Part shown: positions 28,904-38,568 of the stretch, in pieces
Layout of the letters: each line of letters begins with the position of its first letter
Numbering within the stretch: the first letter of the stretch is position 1
Origin: Patescibacteria group bacterium
GTDB taxonomy: Bacteria; Patescibacteriota; JABMPQ01; JAHIRA01
Direction: 5' to 3'
Length of the DNA stretch: 64,000 nt
Assembly: GCA_018818205.1 (NCBI GenBank)
Contig: JAHISJ010000013.1
Location: 16,661-80,660, forward strand
Made by a program: the position numbers and the translations under genes
Notes under the pieces: generated by a model
Told to the model about the DNA's origin: nothing
What the model saw: the letters and a program-made list of their open reading frames with translations, nothing else
Databases searched by the model: none

Positions 28904-31900
28904 ATGAGAAAAGTGAAAACACCTCATTTCGACATGTATCTTTTACCAGGGTTTGAGAGCTATTATTGTGACGATTTTGAACCTCTTTCTGTTTCCATTT
29001 TTAATTCTATAATAAAAAATGGAAATGTTGTTGTTGATGTTGGAGCCCACTTTGGTTATTTTACTTTACTTGCTTCAAAAAAGACTGATCGAGTTTATGC
29101 TATTGAGCCAGTAAAGAAAAATAATGAGGTTTTAAGGCAGAATATTGTACTTAATAACTCTCAAGCAATCGTATTTGATTGTGCAATTTCTGATCGTTTA
29201 GGAAAGAAAAAAATAAATGTAGCTACTTCTTCTGACTGCTCAGGTTTTTATGTGCATCCATTCTCTAAGCCGATTGATCAAGAATTGGTTTCAGTAAAGA
29301 CCCTTGACGATCTTTTCCATAATAAACGTATAGACTTGCTTAAAGTTGATACTGAAGGGAATGAATATAAGGTTCTTATGGGAATGGAAAGTGTATTGCT
29401 GCAAAATTCAAATCTTAAGCTGTTATTTGAGTTTAACCCCAAATGTTTAATATGTGCTGGAGACAAGCCTAGTGTTTTTTTAGAAACACTTAAACAACAT
29501 AATTATTCAATCTTTTTTATAGATGACAAAAGTCAAAAGATTGAAAATTATACGCAGTCTCCTGCTAGATGGTCTGAGATGATAGATGAAGATGCGTGTG
29601 TTAATTTGCTTTGCGTTCGCACAAGTGATCCAGATTACAACAATGTACTTTGCACAATTGATACTATAAAAAGAAAAATAGAAACTGCAAAAACTAGGGC
29701 TCGTAGTATTAGGTTTACTATTGGCATTACTGTATACAATAGAAAAGAGTACTTGGAAGAATGCGTTGAAAGTGCATTATCTCAGACGTATAAACCAGAT
29801 GAAATTATTATTGTTGATGACTTTTCACAAGATAAGGGCGTGATTGATATTCTTGAGAAATATAGGAATCGAGAAAATATCAAACTTATTTATAATAAAG
29901 AGAATTTAGGCATTGCTGGATCTTGGAATACAGTGCTAGATAATATGAGTAGTGAATGGTTGGTCATGCTAGATGGTGATGATGTTCTTGAAAAAAATGC
30001 TCTTGAAGAGATAACAAAGTATATTGCGCTTCACAATGAAATCGAATTTATTTCAACCTTGCATACAATTATTAATAGTAAAGGAGAAACACTCGGGGTT
30101 TTTGATAGGCCCCTAGGTAAAGATCCAAAGAAGTTGATTTTAGAGGGAATGTATTTGTCACATCTTAAAGTTTTTAATAAAATGTGCTTTGAAAAAGTGG
30201 GGAGCTTCAGAGGCAAGATAGCAGTTGACTATGACATGGTAGTAAGGGTTCTGGAAATGTGCAAGATGGGCATGCTTCATAAGTGTTTGTACAAATATCG
30301 TTTTCATGAAGATTCGTGTACCAAGAAAAGAGCTAAAGAACAATATGAAAAAGGATGCAAGATTCTATTGGGCACTTACAAAAGGCAAATGATCGATGAA
30401 AATCTCTATATAGACTCTATCATTGAGCGAGGGGCCCTGGCCCATTCCACAAATCTCGGATTACAGAGTAAAATTACACAGAATATTTACCGTATAAAGG
30501 AATTAACTAGCAAGATTGTACAGGAAACAGCTGAAAAAGAAAGAATAGATGTACTTTATAACAAGGAAGCAAAAAGTCATTCTACAGATCTAAATTCATT
30601 GGAATGGAGACTTGGGTGGTGTATTTGCAATCCGTTGAAAGCAGCAAAAAAAATACCTGTATTCGTTGATTATGTGTATGCTAAACGTAAAAAAGACATT
30701 ATCTGGGCAAAAAATAATCCAATTAGGTGTTGTAAAAAATATTTGAAAGTGCTTGTTTCTAAGGGAAAAACATGTGAAGAAGATTTAGAAAGAAGTATCT
30801 ATGATTCACTTACGTATACCGAAATAAATATTGATAAGTGGTCAGAAGATACGCCGCTTATCAGTGTGATTATCCCTTGCTATAATTATGGAAATTATAT
30901 TAGCGAAGCTTTAAATTCTATTTTTGCACAAACACTTCAAGATTTTGAGGTAATTATTATTGATGATGGGTCAACAGATCCTGGAACAGAGAAGGAGTTA
31001 AAAACGATAAAGCATCCTAAGGTCCAGGTTATTTTTCAAGAGAATTCCGGAGTCTCTAATGCTAGAAACAAGGGAATTAGTAAAGCAAAAGGAAAATATA
31101 TTTGTTGTCTAGATCCGGACGACATTCTTGATCCGACCTATTTTGAAAAATGTTTATTGGTTCTGGAAAGAGATGCACAATTAGGCCTTGCATATTCATG
31201 GGTAAAGGAAATTGGGGCTAGGGATATTTTATGGAAGACTACTGATTTGGATATTGACACATTACTTTCATCAAATCATGTACCAATAAGTGCGATTTTC
31301 AGAAAAGAAATAGCTGATAGCGTGTTCTTTGATCCAGATATTCGTCATGAAGACTGGGATTTTTGGCTTTCCGTTGTGGGAAAAGGGTGGCGTGGAAAAG
31401 TAATTCCCGAAGTTCTTATGTATAGCAAGAGACATGGAAACAATAAATCGTTACAAGATGAGCAATTTTATAAAGAAACACTATTAGCACTGAAAGAAAA
31501 GCATAAAAACCTTTTGAAGAAAGATTTCAGAGAAAAAGTGAAAGAGGAGTACATAAAAAAAATAGCGTTAAATCCTTTTACGAATTTAAATAGATCCGTC
31601 TATCAAGAAAAACACAAGAAAAGAGTGTTTGTTGTTGTTCCATTTTTAATATGTGGAGGAGCGGAGACACTTCTTTATAATTTTGCATCAAAGCTTAAGA
31701 ATGAAGTCGATTTTACTTTTATTTCCGTGATTAAGTCAAAAAATGAATGGGAAGACAGGTTTAAGGGAATTAGCTCTCGAGTGTATCATTTACCCAAACT
31801 TTTTGAAAGTAAAAATGTTTGTGATGATTTTTTACTCAATTATATTCAGACAAGAAATATTGATGTATTGCATTTCTTTCACTGTGGTTATTTTTATGAC

Positions 31901-32725
31901 ATACTTCCGATAATTGGCAGAAAATTTTCTTCATTAAAGATAGTTGTAACCCTGTTTAATTCATATGTTGACCACTTTGTTGATGCTACCAAGTATCATG
32001 AGAATGTAAGTATGTATACCTCAGATAATCAAGCTACCATTTCTACGTTTAAGAAACTCGGGGTTTCTGAAGAAAAGTTGCAGCTTTTGCCAAACGCAAT
32101 TGATCCTTTTGAAACGTATAATCCTGCAACTATCGATAGAGAAAATGAAAGAAAAAAGATTGGAGTAAAGGAAAATGAAATAGCCGTCTTTTTTATTGGA
32201 CGCTTATCAGAAGAGAAAAATCCGGATGTATTTTTGAAGATTGCAAGGCAGGTAGTGGCAAAAAAGAAGAATGTAAAATTTTTCGTTGTGGGTGATGGTA
32301 ACATGAAGAAAGAAATCATGCGGATGATTAAGCGGATTGGTAGTGCTAACATCACCTATCTAGGATATAGAAGTGATATCCCAAATTTGCTTACCGCAGC
32401 GGATATTTTTGTTCTACCTTCTAGGATTGAAGGATTTCCCTCATCTATGCTCGAGGCTATGGCAACAGAAAACTGTGTTATTGCTTCAGACGTTGGTGCT
32501 GTAGGAGATGTGATAGAGGACGGAAAGACAGGATTTGTGGTAAATAAAAAGGATTACAGGCGTTTTGTTGAGAGAATCCTTCAACTGGTTGATTCAAGAG
32601 AGACAATTGTTAACATGGGGAGAAAGGCACGAGAGGTTGTTGTACAAAACTATACTACTGAAAAATTAGCCAACAATTATAGAAAACTATACTCAAATGA
32701 AGAAAGTTCTCGTTTTGGGGAGTAG
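28904..32725 (+). CDS. multidomain FkbM methyltransferase-GT2-coiled coil-GT2-GT4 protein
   Basis: VDVGAHFG, KVDTEGNE (FkbM); VYNR..VDDFS..LDGDD (GT2); PCYNYG..IDDGSTD..LDPDD..HEDWDFW (GT2); GRLSEEKN..PSRIEGFP..EAMA (GT4). Confidence 0.9.
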   Translation: MRKVKTPHFDMYLLPGFESYYCDDFEPLSVSIFNSIIKNGNVVVDVGAHFGYFTLLASKKTDRVYAIEPVKKNNEVLRQNIVLNNSQAIVFDCAISDRLGKKKINVATSSDCSGFYVHPFSKPIDQELVSVKTLDDLFHNKRIDLLKVDTEGNEYKVLMGMESVLLQNSNLKLLFEFNPKCLICAGDKPSVFLETLKQHNYSIFFIDDKSQKIENYTQSPARWSEMIDEDACVNLLCVRTSDPDYNNVLCTIDTIKRKIETAKTRARSIRFTIGITVYNRKEYLEECVESALSQTYKPDEIIIVDDFSQDKGVIDILEKYRNRENIKLIYNKENLGIAGSWNTVLDNMSSEWLVMLDGDDVLEKNALEEITKYIALHNEIEFISTLHTIINSKGETLGVFDRPLGKDPKKLILEGMYLSHLKVFNKMCFEKVGSFRGKIAVDYDMVVRVLEMCKMGMLHKCLYKYRFHEDSCTKKRAKEQYEKGCKILLGTYKRQMIDENLYIDSIIERGALAHSTNLGLQSKITQNIYRIKELTSKIVQETAEKERIDVLYNKEAKSHSTDLNSLEWRLGWCICNPLKAAKKIPVFVDYVYAKRKKDIIWAKNNPIRCCKKYLKVLVSKGKTCEEDLERSIYDSLTYTEINIDKWSEDTPLISVIIPCYNYGNYISEALNSIFAQTLQDFEVIIIDDGSTDPGTEKELKTIKHPKVQVIFQENSGVSNARNKGISKAKGKYICCLDPDDILDPTYFEKCLLVLERDAQLGLAYSWVKEIGARDILWKTTDLDIDTLLSSNHVPISAIFRKEIADSVFFDPDIRHEDWDFWLSVVGKGWRGKVIPEVLMYSKRHGNNKSLQDEQFYKETLLALKEKHKNLLKKDFREKVKEEYIKKIALNPFTNLNRSVYQEKHKKRVFVVVPFLICGGAETLLYNFASKLKNEVDFTFISVIKSKNEWEDRFKGISSRVYHLPKLFESKNVCDDFLLNYIQTRNIDVLHFFHCGYFYDILPIIGRKFSSLKIVVTLFNSYVDHFVDATKYHENVSMYTSDNQATISTFKKLGVSEEKLQLLPNAIDPFETYNPATIDRENERKKIGVKENEIAVFFIGRLSEEKNPDVFLKIARQVVAKKKNVKFFVVGDGNMKKEIMRMIKRIGSANITYLGYRSDIPNLLTAADIFVLPSRIEGFPSSMLEAMATENCVIASDVGAVGDVIEDGKTGFVVNKKDYRRFVERILQLVDSRETIVNMGRKAREVVVQNYTTEKLANNYRKLYSNEESSRFGE

Positions 32726-33584
32726 AGGATTCATTGGAAGAGCGGTCACCAGTTACTTGCAAAATAAAGAAGTGTTTGTGGTAACTGCAGATAGATCTGA
32801 CACCACGTGTGATTTTACTGTAGATTTAAAGAATAAAGATGATGTTCTTGATCTTGTAAGAAAAACGTTACCAAGTTATATTATTAATTGCGCGGGAATT
32901 TTAACTGCTGAGCATTGTTTTCTAAACCCTGTTTTTAGCATGAATGTTCTTAGTGCTCTAGAGGTATTTAAGAGTCAAATAACCTGTAAACTTATCGTCT
33001 TAGGATCTGCGTCAGAGTATGGAATAGTTGGTAAGCTTCCGGTATCTGAAGATGCTCCGTTGATGCCCCAGAACGCATATGACATGAGTAAGGTTATTGA
33101 AACATTGAGTGCACTAAAATATGCAGAGCTCCATGGTCTTAATGTCGTAATTGCACGGCTTTTTAATCCAATTGGTGCTTTAATGCACGAGCGAACACTC
33201 ATTCCAAGTCTTATTAGACAGGTGAAAGAATTAGCACGTAGCAGTCAAAAAAAGCTAGAGGTCAATAGGCTTGATTCTAAAAGGGATTTTTTGGCGGTTT
33301 CTGATGTAGCAGAAGCTATTGCCACAATTGCCCTATCGGAAGAGAATAAAGAGAAGGTATATAACATTGGCTCTGGGGAAGAGGCAAGCGTGGAGCAACT
33401 GATTCAGTCGTTTCTTGAAACTGTTAATTTTTCTCGGAATATAGAAATCGTTGAGACTAGTGAACAACCCGAGCCTCAATATGCATCTAGGGCGGATATT
33501 AGTAGAATTTCAACAGAGTTTGGCTGGAAACCTAAGAATAATTTAAGGGAAGTTGTTAACGAGCTGGTTAATGAGCAAGAATGA
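32697..33584 (+). CDS. GDP-4-keto-6-deoxy-D-mannose reductase (Rmd)-like SDR
   Basis: GSRGFIG, GSASEYG, YDMSK, ARLFNPIG, LDSKRDF; gmd is in the same locus. Confidence 0.7.
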   Translation: MKKVLVLGSRGFIGRAVTSYLQNKEVFVVTADRSDTTCDFTVDLKNKDDVLDLVRKTLPSYIINCAGILTAEHCFLNPVFSMNVLSALEVFKSQITCKLIVLGSASEYGIVGKLPVSEDAPLMPQNAYDMSKVIETLSALKYAELHGLNVVIARLFNPIGALMHERTLIPSLIRQVKELARSSQKKLEVNRLDSKRDFLAVSDVAEAIATIALSEENKEKVYNIGSGEEASVEQLIQSFLETVNFSRNIEIVETSEQPEPQYASRADISRISTEFGWKPKNNLREVVNELVNEQE

Positions 33585-34296
33585 AGAATAAAATAAAGAT
33601 AATTATTGTAGGAGCAGGGGAGGCTGGTTCTCTTATTTCAAAGAATATTTATGATGATAAAAACTCTCCTTTTGAACTTGTAGGCTTTGTTGATGATGAT
33701 TTGAAGAAGAAAGAAAAAAAGATTAATGGGAAAAAGGTTTTGGGGGAGCTTAAAAATCTGAAAGAATTAATTGATGAGTTTTCAATAAAAGAATTGCTTA
33801 TAGCTATGCCCTCCGGACGCGGTGATGTCATTCGGAAGGTTCTGGATTGCACTAAAGATAGGCGGGTTCGGTATAAAATAATTCCCAGAAGTACCAAGGT
33901 GTTGATACAGGACTTTGGCGAGAGCTATCTTAAACATATCCGAGATGTATCGGTTGAAGATTTGCTTGGAGGTGAGATTGTAAAATCTGAACTTAAGGTA
34001 ATTGGAAAATATCTCAAGAATAAATGCATATTGATAACCGGTGCGGCAGGGTCAATTGGCTCTGAGCTTGCACGGCAAGTTGCCGCTTTTAGCAATGCTA
34101 AAAAGGTTATTTTGTTTGATTGGTCAGAAAACGGTATGTTCTTGTTGCAAAATGATATTCAGGGGAGCTATCCGAACCATCCCGTTGAGTTTGTTATTGG
34201 TGATATTAAAGATAAACAAAGATTGAATTATATTTTTGACACTTTTTCTCCTGATCTTGTGTTTCATGCTGCAGTGTATAAGCACGTACCTTTAAT
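33581..34296 (+). pseudogene. 5' part of CapD/PglF-like nucleotide-sugar dehydratase, cut by IS200
   Basis: GAGEAG, GFVDDD, EDLLG, ITGAAGSIGSELARQ, FHAAVYKHVPL, then IS sequence; the catalytic C-half is absent. Confidence 0.88.
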
Positions 34297-34825
34297 CTCT
34301 CCAGGGGTTCTATCCCCCGCCGCTTGCGGCGTGATATACTAGAGCTATGAGCACATATGTACATAAAAGTCATAATGTAAGCGTGTTACTGTATCACCTG
34401 GTATTTCCTGCAAAGTATCGTCGTGTGGTTATCGATGCACAGGTAGATGAAATTATCAAAGAAACATGCTTGGAAATTGCACAGAGGTACGAAGTACATT
34501 TCCTTGAAATAGGTACAGACAAGAACCACATACATCTGTTGGTACAAAGTGTTCCCACATACACGGTGACCAAACTTGTTACGATGATAAAAAATATTAC
34601 AGCCAGACACGTTTTCAACCAATGTCCCGATGTGAAAAAACAACTTTGGGGTGGAGAATTCTGGTCAGACGGATACTTTGCAAGTACGGTAAGTAAACAC
34701 GGAAATGAAGATATGATATCAAATTATGTAAAAAAGCAGAGAGAAGAGTACACAAAGCTACACAATAATCATCAACTTCGGTTATTCTAGCGGATACCCC
34801 GTCCGCTTGCGGCGGGGTAGTTTAT
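34297..34825 (+). mobile_element. IS200/IS605-family element (tnpA only)
   Basis: Left hairpin CGCCGCTTGCGGCG (~34318-34331); right hairpin TACCCCGTCCGCTTGCGGCGGGGTA (34795-34819); inferred ends after TTAAT and at TTAT; no target duplication seen. Confidence 0.85.
34347..34790 (+). CDS. tnpA: Y1 (HUH) transposase
   Basis: YHLVFPAKYRR, DKNHIHLL, LWGGEFWSDGYF, NYVKKQ. Confidence 0.96.
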   Translation: MSTYVHKSHNVSVLLYHLVFPAKYRRVVIDAQVDEIIKETCLEIAQRYEVHFLEIGTDKNHIHLLVQSVPTYTVTKLVTMIKNITARHVFNQCPDVKKQLWGGEFWSDGYFASTVSKHGNEDMISNYVKKQREEYTKLHNNHQLRLF

Positions 34826-35467
34826 TCTACATATAGGCCAGAATTTAACTATCTGACAATATCCAAATGGAATGAACGTGAATTGGAAAATCATGGCTAT
34901 AGCTCAACTATTGCTTCTCCTGGAATAAACCAGGAAGTTTATAAATGTTATGATGACGTAGGAAGAAGAGATGATTTACTTCTTTCTGTTGGCTGGTCAC
35001 ATTACTTAAAGAATTTAGATTATCTTTTAGATGGGTGGAGAGGAATGAAAACCAAGCCGAAATTAGAGCTTTTTAGAATTGAGCCTCGTCTAGGTAAGAA
35101 GAATGGTGTAAAGTATTATTACAAACCAAATGATATTCAAGTGGCACGCTTGTATAACAGGGCAACCGTTTTTGCTCAAACTTCGCTTCATGAAGGGTTT
35201 TGTTTACCGATTCTTGAGGCTATGGCATGTGGATGTCCAGTTGTTTGTACGGATGCAGATGGCAATTTGGATTTTTGTGTTGATGGTAAGAATTGTTTAA
35301 TAGTTGCAAAAGATGATGTTAATGCTTTAACTGGTGCTCTTGAATCTTTGCTTAGAGATGAAGGCTTGAGAGAGAGACTTTCTCGAGAAGGGAAGAGAAC
35401 GGCTGAGAAATATGTGTGGGATATGCAAAATACTTTACTTGAAGCGTTTATGTATGATCTCAAATAG
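34826..35467 (+). pseudogene. 3' fragment of a GT4 glycosyltransferase
   Basis: Frame runs from the IS right end (STYRPEFNYLTISKWN...) to [19 protein letters not shown]; no N-terminal domain and no good start. Confidence 0.8.
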
Positions 35468-35514
35468 TATTTGATTTAATTTTATTGTTACTTTATTCAA
35501 AAAAATTGCGAGTC

Positions 35515-36492
35515 ATGGAGATAGTAAAGAAAAAAACACTTATTTCAGTAGTCATTCCTGTATATGGCTGTTATTCATGCTTAGAAGAGCTTTGCAATAG
35601 GATCAATAAAGTTTTTAAGCTTAAAATGCCAGACACTGAATATGAAGTTCTGCTCGTCAATGATGCTAGCCCAGATGAATCTTGGAAAAAAATTGAGGAA
35701 TTGGCTAAAATAGATAAACGTATTATGGGGATAAGTTTATCAAGGAATTTTGGACAGCATAGAGCAATCACAGCAGGTCTTGACTTTTCAGGTGGGGATT
35801 GGGTTGTTGTGATGGATTGTGACTTACAGGACCCTCCTGAAGAGATTGCAAGACTTTACAATGAAGCTCTTATGGGCTATGACATAGTGATGGGGAGGAG
35901 AAGTGTTCGGATAGATTCGTTTTTCAAAAAGGTATCATCAAAGCTTTTTCATTTGATTCATAATTGGCTGTCTGGTACAAAAACTGATCCAGATGTTGCA
36001 AATTTTTGTATTTGCTCGAGAAAAGTGGTTAATGCTATTAAGAAAATTCGAGAGCAAAGCAGATTTTTCCCAAGTTTACTACAATGGGTTGGATTCAAGA
36101 AAACATACATAGATATAAACCATGCGAAGAGAAGAGAAGGAAAGTCGTCGTATAGTTTGAGAAAGTTGATTAGCTTAGCCATTGAAGATATTGTTGCATT
36201 TTCTAATAAGCCTCTCAAAATGGCAGTCTATTTTGGTTTCTTTGTTTCTCTTTTTTCTTTCTCTTATGCGTTTTATTTAGTCGTAAGGTATATATTTTTT
36301 AGCTTTTCTGTTGAGGGTTGGACAAGCGTTATTGTTTCGATATGGCTTGCGACTGGTTTAATCATTATGATTGCTGGTATTGTTGGAATTTATGTTAGTA
36401 GAATCTTTGATGAGGTTAAAGGGAGGCCCATTTATATAGTTAAAGATACTACTGAAAATAGAACAATAGAGCGTGATTTACTTGTTGAATAA
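35515..36492 (+). CDS. GtrB/ArnC-like undecaprenyl-phosphate glycosyltransferase (GT2)
   Basis: VNDASPD, SRNFGQHRA, MDCDLQDPP, two C-terminal TMs, EVKGRP. Confidence 0.9.
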   Translation: MEIVKKKTLISVVIPVYGCYSCLEELCNRINKVFKLKMPDTEYEVLLVNDASPDESWKKIEELAKIDKRIMGISLSRNFGQHRAITAGLDFSGGDWVVVMDCDLQDPPEEIARLYNEALMGYDIVMGRRSVRIDSFFKKVSSKLFHLIHNWLSGTKTDPDVANFCICSRKVVNAIKKIREQSRFFPSLLQWVGFKKTYIDINHAKRREGKSSYSLRKLISLAIEDIVAFSNKPLKMAVYFGFFVSLFSFSYAFYLVVRYIFFSFSVEGWTSVIVSIWLATGLIIMIAGIVGIYVSRIFDEVKGRPIYIVKDTTENRTIERDLLVE

Positions 36493-36591
36493 AAGTTTAC
36501 TAATTTCTATATTATAATAAATTTGTGTATATGGTAGAGTTTATTGCATGATTATCCATTCTGTTAGTTAACAATACGATTTGTATCAGAA

Positions 36592-36963
36592 ATGAACGCT
36601 ATATTATTTATCATTCTTACAATAATTTTCACGGTTTCAAGTCAGCTTCTCTTAAAATGGAGAGTTACAGCTATAATTGAGGAACATGGGCTATTAGAAA
36701 GTAAAGTTAGTATTATCTCTAAAACATTATTGGACCCATTAGCTCTTTTAGCTTTGTTTTTTGCCTTTGTTGCATCATTGTCTTGGATATTAGCACTTTC
36801 GAAAAAAATTGAACTAAGTATTGCTTATCCTTTAACAAGCATGAGTTTTGTATTAGTCTTTATATTTTCGATAGCTGTCTTTAACGAGTCTTTTAGTATA
36901 TTTAAGGTTATTGGTCTTCTCATAATCATAACAGGGGTAGTTTTTTTAAGTTTTAGTTTATGA
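36592..36963 (+). CDS. SMR/EamA-type small membrane protein (ArnE/F-like lipid-sugar flippase)
   Basis: Four TMs, SQLLLK, LSIAYP, FNE. Confidence 0.8.
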   Translation: MNAILFIILTIIFTVSSQLLLKWRVTAIIEEHGLLESKVSIISKTLLDPLALLALFFAFVASLSWILALSKKIELSIAYPLTSMSFVLVFIFSIAVFNESFSIFKVIGLLIIITGVVFLSFSL

Positions 36964-37423
36964 TAGTTTTCCCAAAGTGCTTAATGAAAATAGAAACTGA
37001 TAAAAAGTGTGAACACATTTTATTTCGAGATGGCGTATATTATTTTGATAAAGATAAGTCCAAAGATTATCTAGAAGCGTTTGATCCTCGTTCATTTAAG
37101 GCTCTTTGTAACGCTGAAACGACACATTTTTGGTTTCAACAGAGAAAAAAATAAGAGCGAATATTTTTGTAGAGTATATTCCTAAGGAAAGTTCTGTACT
37201 TGAAATAGGTGCAGGAACAGGTATCATTACAAAAGAAATAAGAAATCCTGGATACTATTTCAGCAGCAGATATACATGGAGAGTCGCTTAAGCTCTAAAA
37301 CAAGTTAAAATAGGAAAAATCTCTAATACAATGTTAAATATTGTTACAAAAGCAGAAGAAGGGTTGACTCGATTTAAGCTGCCATTCGGAAGTAGCATAT
37401 TAATTATTGCCCAAAAAAAATGA
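36960..37423 (+). pseudogene. decayed class I SAM methyltransferase
   Basis: HFWF, then frameshift at A7 (37145-37151); LEIGAGTG in the next frame; SAADIH in another frame; C-terminal LPFGSSILIIAQKK with TGA overlapping the wecE ATG; middle part missing. Confidence 0.8.
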
Positions 37424-38568
37424 TTCCTTTCAATATTCCTACTTTTTTAGGTAAAGAAAAAAGTTATCTATTAGATGCTATTGATAAATTAAAGCTTTGT
37501 GGCGATGGTTCTTACACAAAGAAGTGTCAAGAGCTAATGGAAAAAAAATTTCATTGTAAAAAGGTTTTACTGACAACTTCTTGCTCTCATGCTTTGGATA
37601 TGTCAGCTATCCTTATTGATGTAAAGGAGGGCGATGAAGTTATAATGCCTTCGTACACCTTTGTTTCAACTGCAAATGCTTTTGTGTTAAGGGGCGCTAA
37701 AGTTGTGTTTGTTGACATTCGGCCCGATACTATGAATATTGATGAAAACCTAATAGAAGAGGCAATTACAGAAAAGACTAAGGCTATTGTAGTTGTTCAC
37801 TATGCAGGGGTAGGTTGTGAAATGGACACAATTATTGATATTGGAAAAAAATATAATTTGAAAGTGATTGAAGACGCTGCTCAAGGAGTAAATGCAAAAT
37901 ACAATGGGAAGTATTTAGGAACAATAGGAGACATTGGGTGTTATAGTTTCCACGAGACTAAGAATTATACTTGTGGAGAAGGTGGAGCTCTTTTGCTTAA
38001 TGATGAGCAAATGATTGAAAGGGCTGAGATTATTAGAGAAAAAGGTACTAATAGAGCGAAGTTTTTTAGAGGGCAGGTTGATAAATACTCATGGGTTGAT
38101 ATAGGTTCATCTTTTTTGCCTAGTGAGTTGAATGCAGCTTATCTCTTGGCACAATTGGAAGATATCGAAAAAGTAAACGAACGTCGATTATCTATTTGGA
38201 ATATGTATCGTAAGAAACTCAATTTACTTGATCAAAATATTCACATTGAATTCCCATTCATTCCTAGCTCCTGCAAGCAAAATGGACACATGTTTTATAT
38301 TAAGGTTAAAGATTTAACTGAAAGACAGAATTTAATAGATTTTTTAAAAAATAGAGACATAATGACTGTTTTTCATTATATTCCTTTACATTCTTCTAAA
38401 GCAGGGAAAAAAAATGGAAGATTTTTTGGGAAGGAAATTTATACTACTAAGGAGAGCGAGAAACTGTTGCGTTTGCCGATGTTTTATAGTCTATGCGAAG
38501 AAGATATTGATTATGTCTCAAGTGAAATAATAAATTATTATAAGCAAAATGATCTTTCAATATCTTAA
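37420..38568 (+). CDS. wecE: dTDP-4-amino-4,6-dideoxygalactose transaminase
   Basis: MIPFN, PSYTFVSTANAF, EDAAQG, SFHETKN, EKGTNR, GQVDKYSW, FHYIPLH. Confidence 0.92.
   Translation: MIPFNIPTFLGKEKSYLLDAIDKLKLCGDGSYTKKCQELMEKKFHCKKVLLTTSCSHALDMSAILIDVKEGDEVIMPSYTFVSTANAFVLRGAKVVFVDIRPDTMNIDENLIEEAITEKTKAIVVVHYAGVGCEMDTIIDIGKKYNLKVIEDAAQGVNAKYNGKYLGTIGDIGCYSFHETKNYTCGEGGALLLNDEQMIERAEIIREKGTNRAKFFRGQVDKYSWVDIGSSFLPSELNAAYLLAQLEDIEKVNERRLSIWNMYRKKLNLLDQNIHIEFPFIPSSCKQNGHMFYIKVKDLTERQNLIDFLKNRDIMTVFHYIPLHSSKAGKKNGRFFGKEIYTTKESEKLLRLPMFYSLCEEDIDYVSSEIINYYKQNDLSIS

Noticed and set aside
34297-34825. TnpB/omegaRNA system
   Set aside because: The right hairpin begins 4 nt after the tnpA stop, leaving no room for tnpB.
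37145-37151. Phase-variable A7 switch in the methyltransferase
   Set aside because: Restoring this frame still meets another frameshift and a large deletion, so the gene cannot switch on.
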